Under the pieces are notes generated by a model that was given only the letters and a program-made list of their open reading frames with translations, made no database searches and was not told the origin of the DNA. From positions 12,896,001 to 12,960,000 of the forward strand of contig OZ024761.1 of assembly GCA_964016885.1 (NCBI GenBank): DNA of 64,000 nucleotides, given 5' to 3'. The stretch is from Eledone cirrhosa (lineage: Eukaryota). Positions 54,662 through 64,000 of this stretch are shown piece by piece. Made by a program: the position numbers and the translations under genes. Numbering within the stretch: the stretch's first letter is position 1; every line of letters begins with the position of its first letter.

Positions 54662-55255
54662 TCAGGGGTTAATGTCATAGATAGTGTCTTTCATTAGAAA
54701 TATGGTAATGAAAGAGTTAATGACATAGACAGTGTCTTTCATTAGAAATATGGTAATGAAAGGGTTAATGACATAGACAGTGTCTTTCATTAGAAATATG
54801 GTAATGAAAGGGTTAAAGACATAGACAGTGTCTTTCATTAGAAATATGGTAATGAAAGGGTTAATGACATAGACAGTGTCTTTCATTAGAAATATGGTAA
54901 TGAAAGTGTTAATGATATAGGTAGTGTCTTTCATTAGAAATATGGTAATGAAAGGGTTAATGACATAGACAGTGTCTTTCATTAGAAATATGGTAATGAA
55001 AGGGTTAATGACATAGATAGTGTCTTTCATTAGAAATATAGTAATGAAAGGGTTAATGACATAGACAGTGTCTTTCATTAGAAATATGGTAATGAAAGAG
55101 TTAATGACATAGACAGTGTCTTTCATTAGAAATATGGTAATGAAAGGGTTAAAGACATAGACAGTGTCTTTCATTAGAAATATTGTAATGAAAGGGTTAA
55201 TGACAGAAAGTCTTCAGTCTTCTTTCATTAGACATATGGCTATGAAAAGGTTAAA
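54662..55255 (-). repeat. 48-bp satellite, about 12 copies, continuous with a MITE-like body at about 54466-54661
   Basis: Same unit as 50295-52690. Confidence 0.9.
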
Positions 55256-55946
55256 AATAGGTTTATCTTTTGTCTGTTTTTTTCTGTCCCCCAAAATCTA
55301 TTTTGTGTTATTTTCTTTCCTTTTAAAGAATTTAATTTAAAAAAAAACAACACCTGAAGACCCTTGTGTGTATCCAGCAGTCAAGGGTCAACTTTACCTT
55401 TCATCCATCTGGGAGTTAATACCAGTAAACTATTGGTCTCAATGTAATTGATAGTACCCCCACCTAGAGAGATTTGTGCTGTGTTCCTGTGTTATTATTT
55501 TTTTAAATTTTATTTGTTTTATTTTTATGTTGGTATTTTTTTGTTTTGTGTTGTTGATATTGTAAACTTTAAAGTTTGTTGGTTTCATAATAATGGTAAC
55601 AATAATAATGGCAATGATATTAATAATAAAAATAATAATATCTAACAATCATAGTTCTTTCACTCTCTCTTTCTCTCCCTCTCTTATTCTATTTGCTTCT
55701 CTCTCTCTCTCTCTTTCACTCTCATTGCTTTTCTCTCTCACTCTCTCTTTCACTATCTTTGCTTCTTTCTCTCTCCACATCTCTCTCTCTGCTTCTCTCT
55801 CTCCTCTCTCTCTATTCCTCTCTCTACTCCTCTCTCTCTGTCTCTCTAGTCCTCTCTCTACTCCCCGTCCCCCACTCTGTTTATCTACTAAACTCCAGTT
55901 TGATTCGAAACTGAGACTTGCAATAGCTGCCTGCATTGTATCTGTT

Positions 55947-55956
55947 ACTACCACTA

Positions 55957-55997
<41 letters not shown>

Positions 55998-56011
55998 GGT
56001 ACTACTACTGG

Positions 56012-56057
<46 letters not shown>

Positions 56058-56059
56058 GG

Positions 56060-56114
<55 letters not shown>

Positions 56115-56191
56115 GGTACTACTACTACTACTACTACTACTGGTACTACTACTACTACTGGTACTACTACTACTACTACTACTACTACTAT

Positions 56192-56226
<35 letters not shown>

Positions 56227-57015
56227 GTACTACTACTGGTACTACTACTACTACTACTACTACTACTATAACTACTACTGGTACTACTACTACTACTACT
56301 ACTATAACTACTACTGGTACTACTACTACTACTACTACAAATGTCACATTTTTAACCTCTAGGGGTCAGTCTGGTATAGAGGGGTTCCCATAATAAACTT
56401 CATTGCTAATATAGGGGTCAGTCTGATATAGCAGGGTCCCCTAAAGGCCTTTCTTCCTTTAGTCTTGTACTAACATTAACAACCTGTAAAATATGATGGC
56501 GGATGATGGTGGTAATAATGATGTTGATGGTGATGATGGTGGTGGTGGTGATGATGATGGTGGTGGTGGTGATGATGGTGGTGATGATGGTGGTGGTGAT
56601 GATGGTGGTGGTGGTGGTGGTGGTGATGATGATGGTGGCAATGGTGGCAATGATGGTGATGATCATGATGATGGTGGTGATATTAATAGCGATGACGATA
56701 GTGTTGGTGATGATGATGATGATGATGATGGTGGTGGTGATATTGATGGTGATGGTGATGATGACGGTGATGATGATGGTGGTGGTGATTGTGATGATGA
56801 CGGTGATGGTGGTGATGATTGTGATGGTGGTGATGATTGTGATGGTGGTGGTAGTGGTGGTGGTGATGATGGTGATGATGATGTTGGTGGTGATATTGAT
56901 GGTGATGGTGGTGGTGATGATGGTGATGGTGGTGATGGTGATGGTGGTGATGATGGTGGTGATGATGGTGATGGTGGTGATGATGGTGATGGTGAGGATA
57001 TTGATGATGGTGGTG
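55947..57015. repeat. (ACT)n and (GAT/GGT)n tracts
   Basis: Direct inspection. Confidence 0.9.
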
Positions 57016-57364
57016 AAGATCATTCTTGATTTTCCTTTCTTTATTAACCAAACTTTTACTAACCAAACTTAAGATTCTCAAGTGTTTGTGTTTTAAGATG
57101 AAACATTTTCCCTTTCACCCTTAACCACCCTACTGTACCCTTAACACCCCTCCCTAACCACCCTACTGTACCCTTAACACCCCACCACCTCTCCCCCTTC
57201 AACTACTCTACTGTACCCCCCCCCCAACCACCCTACTGTACCTATAACACCCCACCTCCATTCCCTACACCATCCACTAAAACTCTCCTAAAACCTACTT
57301 CTGTATATCAAAATATTTTTACTATTATACATACTTGGTCTGTCTACTGGTCTGCTCAGAGTTG

Positions 57365-57742
57365 GACTAATTGATTATTACTAACTAACTAGTTGTTACT
57401 TACTAACTGGTTCCTGCTAACTAGCTCCTACTAACTGGTTCTTACTAACTGGATATTACTAACTGGTTCTGGCTAACTGGATATTACTAACTGATTCTTG
57501 CTAACTAGCTCCTACTAACTGGATATTACTAACTGATTCTTACTAACTAGCTCCTACTAACTGGTTCTTGCTAACTGGATATTACTAACTGGATATTACT
57601 TACTAACTGGTTATTACTAACTGGTTATTACTAACTGGATATTACTAACTGATTATTACTAACTGGTTCTTACTAACTCACTCTAACTAGCTAGCTATTA
57701 CTAAGTGGTTCTTGCTAACTAACTCTAACTAGTTACTAATTA
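57365..57742 (+). promoter_or_regulatory. About 14-bp-period array of about 20 (T)ACTAAY motifs (branch-point / STAR-QKI consensus)
   Basis: Units such as tactaactggttct and tactaactggatat. The repeat is certain; a regulatory role is inferred. Confidence 0.45.
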
Positions 57743-58051
57743 CAAACAAAATTTAGTGCTGCTGAGCTGGTTCCAGTTTTAGTTGGTTCTTGGAAAAAAT
57801 ATTAAAAAAAGCAGCTGTCTGCTGTTGTTATCAGTTCAGTAGGTAGTTTATTAATTTCGTAGTTTAGTATATATATATAATTAGTAATAGTAATTCTACT
57901 ACTAATACTTAACTATATCTGTTAAGTTTGAAATGTCAATAGTCTGTGTTTCTAAGAAGTTGAGAGTCACTTCTAGAAGAAACTCACCACTAACGACGTC
58001 TTTTGTGTCAACATCTTAATTTTAGATCTTAAAAATGGTCTCTTTTTACAG

Positions 58052-58072
58052 ACTTTCAAAATGTCCAAGAAA
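58052..58072 (+). CDS. Candidate 21-nt in-frame microexon of ACAP (TFKMSKK), BAR-PH linker
   Basis: tctttttacag|actttcaaaatgtccaagaaa|gtaagt. Phase 0-0, no stop codon, lies in a TE-free stretch. No homology support available. Confidence 0.5.
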
Positions 58073-58750
58073 GTAAGTTGACAACAAAATTTTTATCAAT
58101 TAAGTCTTCCTATATTTAATTATATAATTTCTTTTTAACTCACAACATTTTTTTTTGTTAATTTTTTATTATATTTTTATCTTTGTTTCGTTAACTTTTA
58201 ATTATATATATTTTTTTCTAGTTAGCAAATAATTTAATTATCTACTTTTGTTTTATTTCAAATTATTTCCAAATTTTTTTTCTAATTAATCTTTAGATTT
58301 TTTTCTCATTCACGGTGCTCCTCCATCATATCTTGAATCATTTAACGACCTTATGTCACCCTCTTTACTCAGACATATGAAATCATACTAAATATTTCTA
58401 TAAGAAAATACATGCTTCTTTTGCCTCGGTGTCTTGTCGTTGGCAGGCATCTGGGGAGGAAGGATTGAGAAATCATGAGATATGTGTATATAGTGCTCTG
58501 GGATGGATATTGAGGTAGCTGCGATATGATCACAGCTTTGTATACATACATAGCAACATTTATATATATATATATATATATAAATATATATATAAATATA
58601 TGAATTTGGTTAACCATGACGGCAGAGCTCAAGCTGTTTTAACAGCTATTTCTGGACATCCAGAAATAGCCATCGAAAATAGCCTACTACCCTAAGTATT
58701 GAGTACTCTGGTGCGTTATAGTCCATCTGGTTCCTTACCACACTTCCTTC

Positions 58751-58789
<39 letters not shown>

Positions 58790-58844
58790 TTAAATATATA
58801 TAATATATATATATAATGAAATTTATATTTATATATATATATAA

Positions 58845-58996
58845 TTGAATATACAAGAGAGATAAACACAAATATAAACATACATGTGTCCAAATTGTAA
58901 GGGACCAAGTTCGTTTTTTTTCACCCTAGCGAACTTGGTCCCTTACAATTTGAACACATGTATGTTTATATGTTATTACCTCTCTTGTATATTCAA
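58845..58996. repeat. Fold-back inverted repeat
   Basis: aaattgtaagggaccaagttcg / cgaacttggtcccttacaattt plus outer arms. Confidence 0.85.
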
Positions 58997-59085
58997 ATAT
59001 ACTACACGGCTCAGAAAAACTTCTTTCTTTGACCTATTTAATTGTAAGAGACTATTTTGAGTTTCTAACTCAATATATACCTTTG

Positions 59086-59116
<31 letters not shown>

Positions 59117-59307
59117 TATAGATAAATCTACCAAAAATTTACGGTAGTTTCCAATCTGTATGAAGAACTCAATGTAATCCGGATATCATGAAAAGAGAAG
59201 ATGCATTCAAAAACTATTTTCGGTGAAAATTAACGGAAAACAGAGTCAAGATAAATTAATAAAATAATGAATAAACAAAGAAACAGTTCCTTATATTAAA
59301 AAAATTC

Positions 59308-59548
59308 ATCATTTTATGATCGTTTCTAGGATATATGTGTTAGAGTTGGTATGCATATTCTATAGATCTATGTACAATATTTATACAAACTATCAGAGGG
59401 AATATACATACCTACACATATATATGCTGTCTTTAGAAATAGGTATGTATATTCCCTCTAATAGTTTGTATAAATATTGTACATAGATCTATAGAATATG
59501 CATACCAACTCTAACACATATATATCCTAGAAACGATCATAAAATGAT
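59308..59548. repeat. Fold-back inverted repeat, arms about 105 bp
   Basis: atcattttatgatcgtttctagga.. / ..tcctagaaacgatcataaaatgat. Confidence 0.9.
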
Positions 59549-59753
59549 AATATATACATATATATATAAATTTCATTATAAAAATGATTTCTACAGAACG
59601 AGAGCTGTTTCATTCATAAGAAATCATCATGATCTCTTATGAATGAAACAGTTCTAGTCTGGTAGAAGTCATTTCTATAATAAAGTAAATATGCCTATAT
59701 TACTACTAACATACCTTTTTTTAACTGTGGTCACCTATATATCAAGAATCTCA

Positions 59754-59791
<38 letters not shown>

Positions 59792-59828
59792 ACCTACAAA
59801 TATTGTGTACAAACACAGCAAGACTAAA

Positions 59829-59904
<76 letters not shown>

Positions 59905-60185
59905 CACAAACTGTGTACAGGTACAGCAAGACTATATATAAATAAAGTTCAATAAAAATACAGATTCCAATATCTTCCTTTAATGATTCACAATTACATA
60001 ATACCTATTTTTGTGGCTGGTTTACGTCATCAGACCATGACTCAAGACAATCGGTGACATTGTCAGATGTAATGACATAAAAGATTTAGTCTATTAATCC
60101 CAACTTGGTTACAGCAAAATATAAACAAAGAATTGATACAATAGCAGCTAGCTTATCGATATCATCACTACGATGAACAGCCTTC

Positions 60186-60243
<58 letters not shown>

Positions 60244-60603
60244 GTTAAAACAATGAAATAAAAAATCAAGTCATTAGAGATATACTTCACTGCTTTACGA
60301 TCGTTTCTAGATGATGATAATACATTGTAACTATACTCGGTTATTGATCTGTATATATATATATATATATACTTCGTTTCTGAAGTATAACAATATAGGT
60401 TTTAGCTTCAAGCATATCTTTATACAGATATGTATAGAAATTTCGTATTTCTAAAGAAACATATATGTATAGTTATAATAAAAAATGTGAAGACTAAAAT
60501 CCGAAGAGGGCTTGATAAGGATTATATATATATAAATATATATAAGATCCCGTTAAGGGTGAAAGCAGCGATTCTTTGCTTAAACTTTAATCTGTTATTT
60601 TAA

Positions 60604-60635
<32 letters not shown>

Positions 60636-60840
60636 TGGTGTTAGGAAGGGCATCCAACTGTAGAAATCGAGCCAAAATCAGTTCCCGTATAAGCAAGACA
60701 AGGTCAGGCAACCCGTCTATCCCATGCTGGCGTGGAAGAATGGACGTAAAACGGTGATGATGATGATGATATATATAGATAGATAGTAATATTAAAAGGG
60801 AACAAAGAATCAGTATTGCATCATATACATATTTAATTAC

Positions 60841-60928
60841 ATATTACATATGTTTCATTGCTGAACAGCTCGGGGAACAATCTATTAATGTTCACTCCTG
60901 ACTCGGGAATCTGGAGCTCCTCAGATAT
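60841..60928 (-). ncRNA. Hammerhead-like motif with long domain II (family D relative)
   Basis: Minus strand: atat-CTGAGGA-..gagtcagg..gagctgttca..-GAAA-catatg-TA-atat; homologous to the 34261-34572 arms. Confidence 0.5.
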
Positions 60929-61639
60929 AGATATTTATTGATTAATATCTATCGATCTGGTCCAGGTTTGTCTTTAACTTGTATTTTTCATTGTTGTAGT
61001 ATTAATGTGGCAACATATCTCTGGTCACATTATTCATTGTGTCACTATTACCTAACTTATTGTGTTCACCCTGAGGAGAAATTTATTAATTACTTTATCA
61101 TTGAGTGCTTTGTGACAGTCTTCGAAGAGTGGGTGTTAAGTCTGCTGCTTGCAGCTGCAACTTTGATTATACTCATTACTATTATATACATATTATAGCT
61201 GCAAACTCTGCTAAGAGTGTTGCAATCGCTTGTCAGATTGTAGAGTTTGGTGCACTTTTAGGCTACGGCCAGCCACACAAACCTGTAACAGATCCTGAAC
61301 AAGCAATGCCCTTGCTTTGAAGATTTTTTTAAGTGGGGAAAGGCCTTGCATTCGACCAATCCCACTCTCTGGGCATCAAAAACACTACCCGAAAAGGGGA
61401 ACTGGTCAACACCATCGGATACTTCTGAAGCCGCAGGTTTTTTTTTTCAGAGTTTCCCTCTCCTAATGTAAAGTCTAGATTTTATGTTTATTCTTTAGTG
61501 TGCTAGTAATTTATGAGTTGTTCCCCTTGATACTGTATTATCTATTATACAATAGTAAATGTAGAGTAGAGGTCCTCAAAGTGGGTGCTACCGGCTCCGG
61601 AGGGTGGGTGGGTGGGGGACCATTTACATTACTTTGATA

Positions 61640-62333
61640 TAGAGTAATGTAAATGCTAAAGGGTTAAACCAGCTGTAACTGGCCACTCATACTGATGTTA
61701 AGGTATTGTTCTCAAAATAAATAATATCAAAATCTCATAGATTCGATATTATGTGAGATAATTATGAGAGTAATGTAAATGGTATAGGGTTAAACCTGCT
61801 GTAACTGGCCACTCATACTGATGTTAAGGTATTGTTCTCAAAATAAATAATATCAAAATCTCATAGATTCGATATTATGTGAGATAATTATGAGAGTAAT
61901 GTAAATTGTATAGGGTTAAACCTGCTGTAACTGGCCACTCATACTGATGTTAAGGTATTGTTCTCAAAATAAATAATATCAAAATCTCATAGATTCGATA
62001 TTATGTGAGATAATTATGAGAGTAATGTAAATGGTATAGGGTTAAACCTGCTGTAACTGGCCACTCATACTGATGTTAAGGTATTGTTCTCAAAATAAAT
62101 AATATCAAAATCTCATAGATTCGATATTATGTGAGATAATTATGAGAGTAATGTAAATGGTATAGGGTTAAACCTGCTGTAACTGGCCACTCATACTGAT
62201 GTTAAGGTATTGTTCTCAAAATAAATAATATCAAAATCTCATAGATTCGATATTATGTGAGATAATTATGAGAGTAATGTAAATGGTATAGGGTTAAACC
62301 TGCTGTAACTGGCCACTCATACTGATGTTAAGG
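61640..62333. repeat. 126-bp tandem repeat (about 5.3 copies) built from piggyBac-like MITE end and body
   Basis: Units delimited by ..aggg-TTAA; period 126 (61661, 61787, 61913...). Confidence 0.9.
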
Positions 62334-63243
62334 TTTAATCTGTTGTTGTTCATTAGGTCGGATCATTGCTTCTTCTCATACTTACTCTTAATCTTCTTGT
62401 TTGTTTTTTTGTTAATTTGTAATATTTTTATTTGTTTTTGTTCACCAAATTTTTGATGCCAACAGTTTGACACCTCTCACTTATCATTTTCTTCATATTG
62501 TGGTTGGCTAAACAACAACAATATCAGTAGTAGTAGTAGTAGTAGTAGTAGTCACACTGCCCTCCTGAACCTGTAAATTGTTGTATGTTGAGGTCCCCAA
62601 TGCCAGACGGAGAGTTGGCTCATACAAACACAGATCAAATCCAAACAACAACAACAACAACAATAATAATAATAATAATTGTTTCTACTTTTGGCACAAG
62701 GCCAGCAATTACCCCAGTGCATTACTGGTACTTTATTTTATCGACCCCGTAAGGTTGAAAGGCAAAGCATGGCGTCCGACCCTCTACCGATTCTGCCAAT
62801 AGGCACAAGGCCAGCAATTTTGGGGGAGGGAGAAAGTCAATTAAATTGGTCTCAGTGCGTGACTGGTACTTTATTTTATCGACCCCCGTAAGGATGTTGC
62901 GAAACAGGGTTTCCGACCCTCTACCGATTCTGCCAGTCCAATAATAATGTTTCTGCTTTAGGAACAAGGTCAGCAATTACCTCAGTGCATTACTGGTACT
63001 TTATTTTATTGATCCCCGTAAGGATTAAAGACTAAGCTAACCCAGGCAAGATTTGAACTCAGACCGTAAAGGGACGTAACTCTATGCTGGAAAGCATGTC
63101 GTCCGACCCTCTACCGATACTGCCATAGTAATGATGGTAACAACAATAATTATAATAATTTCTTACTTTGCCCTTGATTTCTAATAAAAGCAACCATTTC
63201 TTTGATATAAACACATATAGCCATATTACGCACGCACGCACAC

Positions 63244-63295
<52 letters not shown>

Positions 63296-63849
63296 ACATA
63301 CATACATACATACATACATAGATATAGGATAAATTGGAAAAAATCAGAAAAATTAAAGTAATTATATTAGTTGTAAGAAAGGAAGAAGAGAAGGGATAGT
63401 ATATGACAGATGGCAATTCAATTTACTGGTAAACAAGTATATAGAAGGTTTTTAATGAGAATACAATGAGTATATGGTTTATTTTATCTCAATAAGAATT
63501 TTTGGGAGTGCCTATTTTAATCTATATTTGACCAATTGAACAATGGACAGGGCTGGTTTTTTGGTGTAGTATTAATACAGATATAAAGTGTCCAGTAAGG
63601 AAGAGAGAGATTTTCACTGCTACTGTATAACAACAATGCTGGTATATGCATTAGGGAATTGAATTAAGAAATCTCATTTTATCTATAGAAGTTTATATTA
63701 AATGGTAAAGAATAGAAAAGTTGATAGAATTAAGACTAATATGTAAATATATATATGTATATGTATATATATATAGATATATATGTATATAGATATATAT
63801 GTATATATGTATAGATATATATATGTATATATGTATAGATATATATGTA

Positions 63850-63890
<41 letters not shown>

Positions 63891-64000
63891 AATTAGTATA
63901 TCTACCAACATATGTATACAGATGCATACCTATGCTAGCAAATATATAGGTTTTGTCTTAGTAACTTTGTAGTTCAATGCAAGGGGATGCAGAACAATTA

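Noticed and set aside
58026-58072. Alternative 47-nt exon using the upstream tttag acceptor
   Set aside because: Not frame-preserving; the 21-nt version has the better pyrimidine tract.

Overview
Eukaryotic, extremely repeat-rich genomic DNA. The SINE/LINE/MITE repertoire and microsatellite load look like an octopod cephalopod genome (inference). The only host gene is on the + strand: seven small GT-AG exons (583-643, 26960-27013, 28306-28364, 30204-30387, 32675-32719, 33680-33775, 54290-54364) splice in frame into the N-terminal BAR domain of an ACAP/centaurin-beta Arf-GAP. A candidate 21-nt microexon (58052-58072) follows, preceded by an array of about 20 ACTAAY motifs. The introns (two of 20-26 kb) are filled with tRNA-derived SINEs, RTE and CR1 LINE 3' ends, piggyBac-like and Tc1/mariner MITEs, Helitrons and minisatellites, many amplified from transposon pieces. 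The most notable hidden layer is a set of type I hammerhead ribozyme motifs. A 310-bp tandem array (21149-23222) carries one intact hammerhead per unit and flips orientation midway, which looks like a retrozyme or Penelope-LTR-derived element. At least eight further dispersed hammerhead motifs of several families, plus decayed and fold-back relatives, are also present. Almost all long ORFs in the track are simple-repeat artefacts.
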